In this document: piece after piece, positions 1 to 12,129 of the stretch
How the letters are laid out: each line of letters starts with the position of its first letter
How positions within the stretch are numbered: position 1 is the stretch's first letter
From: Hypanus sabinus
Taxonomy: Eukaryota
Length of the DNA: 64,000 nucleotides
Reading direction: 5' to 3'
Assembly (NCBI RefSeq): GCF_030144855.1
Contig: NC_082732.1
Location: 11,036,001 to 11,100,000 of the forward strand
Notes under the pieces: model-generated
What the model saw: the letters and a program-made list of their open reading frames with translations, nothing else
Databases searched by the model: none
What the model was told of the DNA's origin: nothing
Program-made: the position numbers and the translations under genes

Positions 1-608
1 ACCATCGACAGTTCAAATGAAGTGCAAAACCTGAAAGTTGATCTGGAAGAAGTCATGAGGAAGAAAAAGTTGGAGAGAAGTGCAGTGAATACTGAACAGG
101 AGGCTGAAGAGACTGCGGGAGCAGTGCAGGCCACGTGTTTCCGTTTGGAGAAGATCAAACAGCAGCTACCGATCACAGGGATGAGGAAGAATACAGATTC
201 GATGGATGATGTGCTGGATGTGTGGTACATGCTGCCTTTTGCTGACTTTCCCTCGATTGAGGAAGAGACCTTTGGCCCTTCTCCCATTGAGTCAGGTGTA
301 GCGGGGAGGGTTAGCTGTGTGCAGTGTGGGGCATGAGTGAGAGGTTGAGAGAGGAGTTGGTAGTGGGCCCAAGGTATCCCCAGTTGTGTCCGAGCCTGAA
401 GGGTTTAGGTGAGGGGGTACGGAGGCCTCAGAAGGGTTAGGGAACTCCCAGATAGTTGGCCTAAGTAGCGCCTGAGGAACAGGGCGTGAGGGTTACTGTG
501 TGGGGAGGAGATGTCACTGTTTGTGCTTGGGTTACGGGGTGTTGGCAGGAAAGGTGGCGAGTTATTTAGTAGTCATGAGGACATGACTTTTATTTGGTGG
601 AGGGAGAG
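1..608 (+). mobile_element. 3' internal end of a Gypsy-type LTR retrotransposon (integrase C-terminal tail, 3' UTR, polypurine tract)
   Basis: Acidic low-complexity tail ([15 protein letters not shown]...EEETFGPSP). A decayed RRxQRVRxxPD-like motif lies near 420-460. A purine tract ggtggagggagag (596-608) directly abuts the TG start of an LTR. Confidence 0.7.
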
Positions 609-1274
609 TGTAAAGAGGGTTTCTTCTTTTTTGTTAACTAGCAGGAATGCTAATTTACTGATAACGAGAATGGTATTCCTTTGTAAACCAAATGGGGATT
701 AATGTTCTTTCTTCTGAGTCTGTAAGCTTTTGTTGACGGGCTTTTGGGCAGATCGGCGCGAGGGGGTCGAGAGAGAGGACGCAATACTCTAAGCTGGGCG
801 AGGATCGGACCCCAAAGGGGGGTCCGAGGCTGGGAGATTCTCCGAGGAGGGGGGGATGAAGCTAGATGTGCTTGGTTGACCACTCGGAGGGTCCTGAGCT
901 GTTTGGAGAGTCCGAGGAGTTCGGAGGGTCCTGAGCTGCGAGTCGAGGAGTTCGGAGGGGATCGAATGGTGGCCAGAAGACTTCAGTAATTGAGCTCCAA
1001 CGGCTGTGCACGAAGTGGTTTGGACTTTGATAAGTTTGGCGCCTTTTCTTTAATTTTCTCTTCATATATACTGTATCGTTATTAATCACTTAGTTATAGT
1101 AACCTTTATAAATTGTACTCATTTAATCGCATATGGTGTACTGTCTGTTTTTGGGTGAGGCGGGGACATCACACAGCATCCACACCAGCTGATTACCCAG
1201 TTTGGCGGGGCTGAAGGCTGCTCCCCCTAGACAAGAATGAGCTGAGCGAGCCTGAGGCGACCCAGGGGGTTACA
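609..1274 (+). mobile_element. 3' LTR of the Gypsy element (666 bp)
   Basis: Begins TGTAA at 609 right after the PPT and ends TTACA at 1274. It shares blocks (gtactgtctgtt, cagcatccacac, ccctagac) with the solo LTR at 21560-22165. Confidence 0.8.
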
Positions 1275-1851
1275 GGTGCATACGAGGCTTGCTCTCAGAC
1301 CTTTTCCTCCTCCCTTTGGTAAACTGCCCTATCAGCTTTGTTCTACTAAAAGCCCAGAGGAGTGTTCAGTTCCAATTAGGTAAAACCTAAATACTGGCTA
1401 ACTGCACTCTAAAGGCTTAAAAAAAGACATTTACCACTTCAAAAAACAAACACCACGTTTCAATTTAGCATCAATCCACCAAAGCATGAACTTCCTGCTC
1501 TGCCAGTCTGCGCACTTCAGGATTTACTCGTGATGCATCTGTGTGTCCTAACTGATTTTTCTGGATGGATAGGGCTGTTCCAAAAATGCATAACTCTGAT
1601 GCAGGGTCTCAAAATGAAACATTGACAATTCGTTTTCCCTCACAGATGCTACTTGACCTGCTGATCTCATCCAGCAGACGATTTGTTCCTCCAGGGTCCT
1701 GTCTTTACAGTCTCTCATGTCTCCATCCACATGCATGACCTGGAAAAAAAATGTAGTACAAAGTTAAAGAACCTAGTTTCTGTGCTAGTATCCTATCCCA
1801 GTGAACATATTCTTTATTATTTCTACGACTCATTTATTTACTTATTCATTC

Positions 1852-1989
1852 NNNNNNNNNNNNNNNNNNNNNNNNNNNNNNNNNNNNNNNNNNNNNNNNN
1901 NNNNNNNNNNNNNNNNNNNNNNNNNNNNNNNNNNNNNNNNNNNNNNNNNNNNNNNNNNNNNNNNNNNNNNNNNNNNNNNNNNNNNNNNN
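1852..1989. other. Assembly gap (138 N)
   Basis: Run of N. Confidence 1.
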
Positions 1990-1994
1990 TATTT

Positions 1995-2705
1995 GAACTT
2001 CCAGGTGAGGCAACACTTCACCTGCGAATCTGCTGGGGTCAACTATTGTATCCAGTGTCCCCAGTGCAGAGTCCTCTACAATGGTGAGCTCCATCGTAAA
2101 TTGGGGACTGCTTCATCAAGCTCTTCCACACCATGCACCACAAGTAGGACTTCTCAGTGGTCAAATATCTTAATCCCCTTCCCATTCCCATTCCAAGTTT
2201 CGGTCCATGGCCTCCTCTTGTGTCAAGATGAGGCCACCCTCAGGGTGGAGGAGCAACACCTTATATTCCGTGTGGGTAGCCTCCAACCCAATGGCATGCA
2301 TATTGATTTCTCCTCTGATAAACATAATCTCCCCTCCCTTCCTCTAGTCCCTAATTTGACCTTTCACCTATTCTCATCTGCCTATTACTTCCCCCTGGGT
2401 CCCCTCCTCCTCCCCTTTCTCCTATGGTCCACTCTCCTCTCCTATCAGATTCCTTCTTCTCTAGCCATTGACATTCCCCACCCACCTGGCTTCACCTACT
2501 TCCTTTTAGCTATCTTTGTTACCCTCCCCTTACCTTTTTATACTGGTATCTTCCCCCTTCCTTCTCAGTCCTGAAGAAGGGTCTCGGTCCAAAAAGTCGA
2601 CCATCTGTTCATTTCCACAGATGCTGCTTGACCTGTTGAGTTCCTCCAGCATTTTGTGTGTGTTTCTTTGGACTTCTAGCATCTGCAGACTTCCTCATGT
2701 TCATG
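1995..2705 (+). mobile_element. Penelope-like element 3' end (GIY-YIG endonuclease remnant plus pyrimidine-rich tail)
   Basis: Translation FQVRQHFTCESAGVNYCIQCPQCRVLYNGE...EEQHLIFRVGSLQPNGMHIDF matches the Penelope GIY-YIG C-terminus. The tail gtcctgaagaagggtctcgg...agcatctgcaga recurs at about 18130, 41040, 59400 and 61590. Confidence 0.8.
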
Positions 2706-4249
2706 TATTTGCAGTTTATCTTTTATTGCACATTTGTTGCTTGACCATCTTTCTATGCAACTTTCATTAATTCTCTTGTATTTCTTTGTTCTACTGTGAA
2801 TGCCTGCAAGAAAATTAATCTCAGGATGGCAGCTGGGGACATATACATGATAAATGTATTTTGAATTTTGAACTTTGGCTAAATGCCTGTTGTATTGATC
2901 CTTGACAGATGCCATCAGATGAAACAGGGAATTTGGTAGTTGCTGTGAAGTAATATTAACAACCACAGAAGTGCTGATTAATACAATCTCTAACCCTGTT
3001 AGCCATCTAAAGAAAAGGCTAACTATATTTCCAAGCGAGAGGTATCGCTGGAGCCACACCAGATATGTATATTCAGTAGAATCAATCACAAGGTAAAACC
3101 AATCCGTTGAGTTATGGCATTCACGAAAAAAGACAAAAGTATGTCATGGTAATATATCAACTGCAATTTTCTCCATCTTTAGTTAGATATATATCATTGT
3201 TGAATCATCTTCACAGACCATTAGTGCTCCAGGTTGTCGACTCCCCATTAGGAAAACCACAGGAGATCAGTTAGTATATGAAAAAGAATGGAAGAATATC
3301 AAATATTGTGCAATTCAATATTCAGGCAGTTCTTTTCTCTCCTCATTGTAAAAGAGTTTAAATCATTGTTGTTTCCAAGCCAACAGAACATTTGCAGTGT
3401 AGCTGTCTTCAAAAAAAAATGAAGAAAAATCTAAAAGTAACAAACAGTAATACCTAAACACTACTTAATGTCAGACTGATGGATGTCTTCAATTGCTGTG
3501 ATACACATTTGTCCTAAAATAGGTCACTTTTAGAATCTGTGGGATTATTCTCTCCTGTTCTACGACTGAACTTCCATTAAAGCATGTATATTAAAGAGAA
3601 GGGTCATATTTCATGGTCGCCTTAATGATCTTCATTAACTTTTCAGCCTGTAGAAAAGTTAGAGAATTTGAGGAAACTTTCAAAGAGCATCTATATTTAG
3701 TAATCATTTTTGATGAGATCAAAGGTATTGCTGATCTGAAAATAAAATACAAAGGTTGGACTTTCAACCACAGAGCAACTGTTCAACACAAATTTCTATT
3801 CATTGTTGAATATTGTTGACTGCTCTGACAAATCTCTGTTTCAATCAATACATTTATGGAATTTATTTTTAATCACCCACTTACCCTCTTCTCACATACA
3901 TCCAAGTGGTCACCAGCAAATTACATTTTATCAATATAGGACTTTGCATTTTTTATTTTCCAATTGTGTTCTTTTATGTAAAACATTGTGAACCAAATAG
4001 CCTTTCCAGCATTGAACTTTTGCATGTTCTATGGTAAAGACGTATATAATTTATGTTTAATTTATGTCCTTGTTTGTGACTGCTCTTCATATGATGCTAT
4101 GTGCACCACAATGGACATTAGTTGTTCTTTCTTGAATAGTATCGTATAAGTTGTGTTCAATTTATGTTTTTCTTGTGAATGCTGGATCACTAATTCATAT
4201 GAGATGGTGCTAGAAAGTGGTGACTTTTTGCATGAATGCAGTTTCCTCT

Positions 4250-4950
4250 TAAGTAAAAGGAAACGTGCAGATTATGCTGGCTTGCCCAAAGGATTGAAAT
4301 GCAGAACCCTTAGACCCCCACTCTCTACTATCCTGCTGGTGAATGCAGTCTCCAGAAAATAAAATTGATGACCTCAGTGTGAGATTGGCCAGCAGGAACT
4401 CAGAGTAAGACTGACCAGCAGGACATCAGGGACTATTGTGTACTTTGCTTCATGGAAACATTTCAGATGCAGTGCTGCAGCCTGTGCAGAACAGTGGAGT
4501 CTCTTAAAGATAAAGGAGATAGTCCTTTATCCTTTATCATGGGGCACAGATGTGACAGTTCTGTCTCAGTTCTGCCACTCGAACAGGAGCATCTAGTGGT
4601 CAAGTGTCATCCATTTTATCCGCCAAGGGAGTTGTCCATCATCATCACCCTGACAGCAGTGTTAATTCCACCCTTGGCCAGTGTAAAGCAGGAAGTGAAG
4701 GAGCTGACCACTGTGATTAGCAGCTATGAAACTGCTCACCCTGATACCTTCCCTGTCATCAGGGGTGATTTCAACCAGGCCAGTTAGAAGTCACTGACCA
4801 GCCACCACCAGCAAATCGCCTATGGGACCAGAGGAGCCAACACACTCGACCACTGTTTCAACACCATCAAGAACACTTACTGTACGATTCTACTTGGGGA
4901 ACTCTGATCACCTGGCCATATTTCTATATCCTTCACACAGGCAGAGACCT
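4250..4950 (+). mobile_element. Rex1/Babar-type LINE, decayed endonuclease region
   Basis: PLSTILLVN..., EHLVVKCHPFYPPRELS...ETAHPDTFPVIRGDFNQAS, TRGANTLDHC: AP-endonuclease motifs (GDFN, LDH, SDH). Confidence 0.7.
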
Positions 4951-4959
4951 GCAAGTTAC

Positions 4960-6660
4960 CTGCATGAGCACTCCCAAATCCCTTTGCACCTCTGATCTTT
5001 GAATTTTCTCCTCATTTAGAAAATAGTCTATGCATTTATTCTTTCAACCAAAGTGCATATCCATGCACTTCCTTACATTATATTCCATTTGCCAGTTCTT
5101 TGCCCATTCTCAAAATCTGTCTAATTACTTCTACAGACTCCCTGCTTCCTGAAAACTACCCTCCATGTACTGTTGTATCACATGCAAACTTGGCCACAAA
5201 GGCAGCAATTCAATCATCCAAATTATTGACATAAAATGGGAAAAGCATCATTCCCAACCCTGTCCCCTGCAGAACAATACTATTCACCTTCAGCCAACAA
5301 AGAAAGGCCACCTTTATTCTCCCTTGTGCCAGTCAGCCAATATGCTATTCATACTAGTATTTTTCCTGTAATACCATGAGCTCATGTCATATTATGCAGC
5401 TTCATGTGTGGCAAAGACTTTCTGAAAATCCAAGCAAACTATATCCACTGACTCTCCTTTGTCTATCTTGCTTATTATTTCCTCAAAGCATTCCAACAGT
5501 GTTGTCAGGCAAGATTTCCCTTAAGGAAACTACTGTATGCTGTCTTTAACCTACTTTTTCATGTGCCTCCAAGTTCCACAAAACCTCATCCTTAATAATG
5601 GACTACAACACTACACAACCACTGAAGTCAGCTAGCTGACATATAATTTCCTTTTATCTGCCTCCCTCTCTTCTTAAAGAGTAACTTTTGCAATTTTCCA
5701 GTCTTCCAGAACCATTCCAGAATCTGGTGATTATTGAAAAATCATTAATAATACTTTTCCAATCACTTCATCTACCTCTAGACTTCATCTAGTCCATTTT
5801 GTCCAGATGACTTCAGACCTTTTATGTTCCCAAACACCTTCTAGTTAGTAATAACAACCACACTCACTTCTGCCCCCTGACACACTCGTATTTCTGGCAC
5901 TATGCCTGTTTCTTCCATAGTGAAGACATAAGCAAAATATTTATTAAGTATACCCGTCAATTCTTTGTCCACAATTTCTGCTTCTATCTCCCAATGCTCG
6001 TGAAGTTCTGGTATACTGCTAATGCCTTCCAGATTACTACCTCTCCAGCATTATTGTTCAGTGGTCTAAAATCCACTCTCACCTCTTTTACTCTTTATAT
6101 ACTGTATCTGGTTGTTGGCGCGTGGCCTAGTGGGCAAGGCATCAGACTAGTAACCTGAAGGTCACTGATTCGAGCCTCAGCTGAGGCAGCGTGTTTGTGT
6201 CCTTGAGCAAGGCACTTAACACCACACTGCTCTGCGACGTCACCGATGCCAAGCTGCATGGGTCCTAGTGCCCTTCCCTTGGACAACATCGGTGGCGTGG
6301 AGAGGGGAAGACCTGCAGCTTGGGCAACTGCCGGTTTCCCATACAACCCTGCCCAAGCCTGCACCCTGGAAACTCCAGGTGCAGATCCATGGTCTCTCAA
6401 GACCGACGGATGCCACCACCACTGTATCTGAAAAATATTAATATCCTATTTTATATTATTGGCTTGCCTACCTTCATATTTAATCTGTTCTTAATTATTT
6501 AGTTGGTTTTTATAATTTTCCCAGTTCTCTAACTTCCCAATAACTTTCGCTATACTATATGCCCTCTTGCTTTTATGCTGTCATTGATTTCCCTTGTCAA
6601 CCACAGTTGTATCATCCTCCCTATTGAATAATTCTTCACCTTTGGATGTATCAATCATGT
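4960..6660 (-). mobile_element. Decayed CR1-type LINE ORF2 fragment, interrupted by a SINE
   Basis: The minus strand shows RT-region remnants (dfqkafdkv-like, kfvddt-like, qfnvekcevmhfg-like) with many frameshifts. The sequence is continuous across the SINE TSD. Confidence 0.6.
6111..6420 (+). mobile_element. tRNA-derived SINE with CORE-like central domain (310 bp), perfect 10-bp TSD
   Basis: TSD actgtatctg at 6101-6110 and 6421-6430. A box TGGCCTAGTGG (6123-6133), B-box-like GATTCGAGCC (6167-6176), CORE-like gtgtccttgagcaaggcacttaac, and a (cca)n tail. Confidence 0.85.
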
Positions 6661-7083
6661 ACCTCCCTCTACAATTGAATCCTTGACTTCCTCATTGAGA
6701 GTCCATAGTTAGTGCAGATCGGCAATGACATCTCCTTCTCACTGACAATCAATGCTGGCACACTTCAATGATGTGTACTTAATCCACTGCTCTTCTCCCT
6801 CTATGCTTATGACTATGTGACTTGGCACAGCTCAACATCATCTATTGTTGGCAGACTCTCAGATTATGGTGAGAAGGAGTATAGGAATGAGATAGATCAG
6901 CTCGTAGAGTGGTGTCACAACAACATTGCACTCAATGTTAGTAAGAATTAGGTATTGATTGTGGACTTCAGCAAGGGGACAAGCAAGGCAATGTAATTGT
7001 GAGATTGGCACAGGCATATATAGCCTAAAATTTGCTGCAATCCTCATTGAAAGAAGTGCTCAGTCTTTCACAAGCTCTGAATA

Positions 7084-7506
7084 CTACACAGCCACAGTCT
7101 CTGCTGCAGGATCTACATGTTCTGTGCAACAGGTTTGACAATTGTGCTCGTGAGTTTGCACATTCCAGCTAATTAGTATTCCATTATGTTGGTACAGTAT
7201 TTAACTCTTTTCTTTTTCTTCTAGTCTTGTCAAGACTTGACCAAAAGCACAGCAACTTTTACACTCCCTGCTTACCCTTATCCTTGTCCAGGAACAAAGA
7301 CTACCATTTTGACTGACGCTGCCAAGGAACGGTATTCATTTAATATCAGTTATTGCCTCCAATCACACTGTTGCCATTTAACTTTCCATTTCAGAGTATT
7401 AGTTAAGGGTCCCATTGGCCTGGTGTCCTGGTGTTCATTGTTTTCTTTTCCTTTAAATTCTGCAACAGTTCCCATTAAAGTCAGTGAACTGTTGACCCAT
7501 TTCAGC

Positions 7507-7555
<49 letters not shown>

Positions 7556-7584
7556 CTTGGGCGATATCCAAACATTTTACCACA
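7084..7584 (+). mobile_element. Decayed solo LTR (same family as 50024-50488), with internal (CT)n
   Basis: Alignable over its length to 50024-50488. Has an ATTAAA signal, (CT)n at 7508-7553 and a CA end. Confidence 0.6.
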
Positions 7585-9234
7585 AGCTTTTTCTAGCCAA
7601 TGACATAAAAACATGATATAACAGGTATAAATAAAATTGGCCCCAGCCTCAATCAGTCTATCTTTCACATCACGTCTACAGGGAGTTACTTAAGAAATTT
7701 TCTGACTGACACAAGGTAACCTGGAAATGGTTGTTATCATGCTTCACTCAGTTTACAATTGTAACCTACTGAGGAACAAAGACATTGCGCAACTGAATTT
7801 CTCAGCCAGAGAGTCTTTCACATTGTTTCTCTGAACAGGATCTAAATTTACATAATAACCTTGAAATTTGTTTTCAGAGAAATAAGTGTTTTGCAATCAA
7901 CAATCACTTGATCATTTAGTTAACCAAAGCTGCATGTTTTTTTTTCCCCAGAAGAGTTATTGGAGTTGTTGGAAAGATATAGACCATTCATTGCAAGATG
8001 GTTTTTTTTTTCTGGTGCTGTGTTACCCAAATGATATCTGTGCTAATGTAGTTCTCAAAACTTATCCCTTGCAAATTGAGTTTAGTAGCAACTAACCTTG
8101 TTTACTTTGATAAGACCTGGCTTTTAATAACAAGTAAATGCTGAAATTGAATGTCATGTAAAGGTTCAGAAACACTGTTGCTATAGACAGAGAATGGTAC
8201 AATCACCCTCCCCCCAATAAACTACAAACTGGATTTCTGCTGTTCACTCCCTACTCTCTTTGTAGCATGCAGTCATTCCCTTCTACACCCTCCAGTAGCT
8301 GGTTATGTTGTAGAGTCAGCCCTTATGGGATTAGTTTATGAGGTCAGAGCTACGAGATAAAGTGCAGGATATGTGATCCTGAATGCCTTCTGTTCCTGAA
8401 ACAGAGAAAAGCTATATCAGGGAGTCAGCTGGAGTTGTCTGGACATGCGTATGGAGATAACTAACACTACTTTAAATCCAGAACCAGCACAGGCAAACTT
8501 CTAGCCTCCTGTCCTTCATAAACTTAAGATGCCACTAAGTTCTTTACAGCTAATGAAACAAGAAGGATGACATAACATTTACAAATAATAATAATATAGC
8601 CCCAGCTCCAATCAGCCTCTCACACAAATGCATCTTACAACTACCTTCCCCACTTCTACTTACTTGGATTTGCTAGATTTTCCCATGCATCATATTTTCC
8701 TACATTCTCTGTAGTTCCTTATAAGTAAGAATGAAAAATCTCTGTAGTGGCAAAATAGTAAAATGGGACTTCCTGAATAATTCTGGATATTCATAATTAA
8801 ATTTCATTATATCTCTTGCAGGAAAAATGTATGGTACTGATTAATTCAACTCTTAGTTCATTAGAAGTTTCTAATGAGATGTCATATAAAGATTAAATCC
8901 TTCATCTTATACAGCTACTTATCTTGGTCATGACAATGATATTAGCATATGCTGTCTCTTCCTTCCAAGTAAAATTAACTCCAAACACTGAAGCTAGAAC
9001 GTCAGGACAGGTAAGAGAAATAAATTATTTGTCATTATATTATCCAGTACAATTTCTCTATCATGCTCCGTTTGTTATCAATTACTTGGGTTAAGTTACT
9101 GAGTTACAGCATTTCTGTAGACCAGTTCTCTAAGAAGGTGTGAACCATCTTCCTGCTGATTCATCCTCACGACTTTAGTATCTGAGCGACGGCTAATTTT
9201 GATTTATTAGTAATTAAGATCATCCCAGTGCAAA

Positions 9235-9780
9235 AAATGTATTTCTGAGGATTTATAAATCATTGGTCAGATTGCATTTTGTGCCCCCGTATCTGAGGAA
9301 CAATGTGCTGTCTCTGGAGAGGTTCCAAAGGAGCTTCACAAAAATGGTCCCGAGAATGAAAAGTTTAATGCATGAGGAATATTTGATGTCTCTGGTACTG
9401 TACTCAATGGATGAGGAGCAGATCTCATTGAAACCTACACTATGTTAAAAGGCCTGGACAGAGTGGACTTGAAGCAGATGTTTCTAGTAGCAGGTAAGTC
9501 TAGGACCTGAGAGCACGACCTTAAAATAAGGGGATGTCCCTTTAAAACTGGGATGAAAAGGAATTTATTTAACAGAGGGTGATAAATCTACTGAATTCAT
9601 TGCACTAGAGAACTGTGACGGTCAAGTAACTTGTGATTCATAAGTGCTTGATTACTAAGGCAGTTAAGGGTTATGGGGCGAAGATGGGAGAACAGGATTG
9701 AGAAAAATGTCAGTCATGATTGAACGGCAAAGCAAACTTGATGGGCTGAAGGTCTTGGCTCTGCTTTTATGGTCTTATAG
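9235..9780 (+). mobile_element. CR1-type LINE 3' fragment
   Basis: PYLRNNVLSLERFQRSFTKMVP..., followed by a 3' UTR with a tatggtctta tail. Confidence 0.75.
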
Positions 9781-9784
9781 CATG

Positions 9785-10135
9785 GAGTGGCAAGGTGGAG
9801 CTACATCTCCACCAAAGGAGGTGCAAGGCACTCCTTCCCTCCAGTAACCTGCAGGTTGCCCTTAGGAAAACTGCAGCACCTGCTTAGACCCCCAGTCAGG
9901 GTCACGTGAAGCCATGAGAGCAGATGGTGGATGGTCATATGAACAGGTGGTGCATATCAAAGGTCCTGGTTATGCGACCGCTGACACCAGGCAGAAAATC
10001 TCTGATGAGCATGGATAATGGCTGGGGCAGCCATCTTGTAGAAGGCAATAGCAAAGAAAAATCGGCCAAGAACAATAATGATCATAGACCACAATTGCCC
10101 ACGTCATACAACAAGGCAAGTAATGATGATGATGA
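9785..10135 (+). mobile_element. Non-autonomous SINE-like element with (GAT)n tail (relatives at ~38845-39205, ~43385-43750, and ~58035-58390 on minus)
   Basis: Four alignable copies in the window, with the shared core atgcgacc(a)ctgacaccaggcagacaatctctgaagag. Several end in gatgatgat. Confidence 0.65.
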
Positions 10136-10436
10136 GTGCTATGAAGTAGAAGTATGAAAAAGATCAAACACTGGCTTCTCAACACAAATAAGAATATATA
10201 ATAAATGTAGTCTTCCAGATATGCACCTCATCTGAGGAACAGAAAGCAAAGGTTCAGACAATGTCTCAGTGCCAATTCTCAGCAGCTGTAGGTGAACAAT
10301 AACTTTCCAGACATCTCACTCAGAAGAACATTTCTCAAAGTAAAATTCTGACAAACCCTGCGTTTTGAGAAACTGCCTCAAAGTTCGAAGATCAAAGTGT
10401 AAACTTCTAAGCAAAATTATTATCTAAGTTTGTGTA

Positions 10437-10929
10437 TACTCAGTGACCACTGTATCAGGTACTGGATTGGAAATCGGTGTGTTGCTCTCGCCCATGGCTC
10501 AGTGTGCTGTGCATTCAGAAATGCTCTTCTGCACACCAGTGTTGTAATGCGTGGATACATGAGTTACTGTAACCTTCCTTTCAGCTCGAATCATTCTCCC
10601 CTGACCTCTCTTGTTAACAAGGTGTTTTCACTCGCAGAACTGCCACTCACTGGATGCTTTTTTGCTTTTCACACCATTCTCTGTAAACTCTAGAGACTGC
10701 TGAGTATGAACATCCCAGGATATCGGCATTTTCTGAGATACTCAAAAGTCACTTAGATATAATTTTTCCCCAGTTTAATCATTGTTTTGGACAATAACTG
10801 AACTTCTTGACTATGCCTGCATGCTTTTATGCATTGAGTTGCTGCCACATAATTGGCTGATTCGGTATTTGCACTAACAGGTGTAGTTTGCAGGTGTACA
10901 AGTGTACCTAATAAAGTGACCACTAAGCG
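10437..10929. mobile_element. Tc1/mariner non-autonomous element
   Basis: Imperfect TIRs (actcagtgaccactgtatcaggtac / gtacctaataaagtgaccactaagcg) flanked by TA on both sides. Homologous to 36022-36476. Confidence 0.8.
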
Positions 10930-10951
10930 TATGTCACCATAAACTACCGGG

Positions 10952-11168
10952 TGTGGTGAACTAAATATACCTGTCTGGACACGCCCCTCTGCTGACTGCT
11001 CCTGTGGCTCCTCCCACAGACCCCGGTATAAAGGCGATTGGAGGCATTGCTCCTCCCTCAGTCTCCAGGATGTTGTGTGGTGGTCTCTTGCTGCTAATCG
11101 TGGTCTCTTGCTGCTAATAAAAGCCTATCATTCGCCTCCCGTCTCCGAGAGTTATTGATGGTGCATTA
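10952..11168 (+). mobile_element. Short solo LTR (217 bp)
   Basis: TGTGG start, gcatta end (CA>TA). TATAAA and AATAAA present. Near-TSD ccggg/cccgg. Internal ~19-bp tandem duplication gtggtctcttgctgctaat. Confidence 0.7.
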
Positions 11169-11174
11169 CCCGGA

Positions 11175-12125
11175 GATTCATTTTCTACCAAGTGTTTTAG
11201 AAAAGTAAGGGAATACAATAAAATTTATGAAAAACCTTAAATAACAAAGACTGACAAACAGCCTATGTGAAAAGGAAGACACATTGCGCGAATAATAAAA
11301 AAGGAAAACAATTATTATGTAGAACTTGAGTTGTAGCATCCTTGAAAGTGAATTGATAGGTTGTGGAATGTGTTTAGTGTTGATGGGAGTGAAGGTTTCC
11401 ACAATGCTTCAGAAGCCTGATAGCTGAAGAGAAATAATAGTCCCTGTACCTTGTGGTGTGGAACCTAAGGCTTCTGTACCTCTTTCCTGATAGCACCAGC
11501 AGCAAAAGAACATGGCCTGGAGTGGGGATCTTTGATGATGGATGCTGCTTTCTTGAGGCAGTGCTCCTTGTAGATGAGCTCAATGGTCAGCAGGATATTT
11601 CCTGTGATGGACTTAGCTGTGTCTATCAGGAGAGATTCTCTGATATTGCAACACCACAGAATTTAAAGTCATTGGCCCTCTCTTCCTCTGATGCCTTAAT
11701 GAGGACTGGTTCATGGACCTTCAGCTTCTTCCTCCTGTGATCGATAATCATTTCTTTAGTTTTGCTAGCATTGAGTGAGAGGTTGCTGTTATGGCACCAT
11801 TCAACCATATTTTCTATCTCCCTCCTATAAGCCAATTTGGTACCACTTTTGATTCGGTCAAAAATAGTGTTGTCATCAGCAAACTTAAATATGGCATTTG
11901 AATTGTACTTTACCACACAATTATAAGTATTAAGTGAGTAGAGCAGAGGGCAAAGCACACAGCCTTGTGGTGCACCTGTGCTGATGCTGAGTGTGGATTG
12001 TGGAGGAGATATTGCTGCCAGTCCATACGGTGTGATGTCTACAGGTAAGGAAATCGAGGATCCAGTTGCACAGGGAGGTATGGAGGCCTGAGTCTAGGAG
12101 CTTCGTGATTAGTTTGGAGAGATTG
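11175..12125 (-). mobile_element. Rex1/Babar LINE 3' part (RT C-terminus to tail)
   Basis: LCPLLYSLNTYNCVVKYNSNAIFKFADDNTI...LNASKTKEMIID; HVLLLLVLSGKRYRSLRFHTTRYRDYYF. Confidence 0.8.
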
Positions 12126-12129
12126 ATAG

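Noticed and set aside
1683-2094. ORFs spanning 1852-1989
   Set aside because: Artefacts of translating through the N gap.
6111-6190. tRNA gene
   Set aside because: A and B boxes are present but there is no convincing cloverleaf. It is the head of a TSD-flanked SINE.
7350-7668. ERERER ORFs as the RE-rich domain of RBM25
   Set aside because: This is simply the reverse strand of a (CT)n microsatellite inside an LTR.
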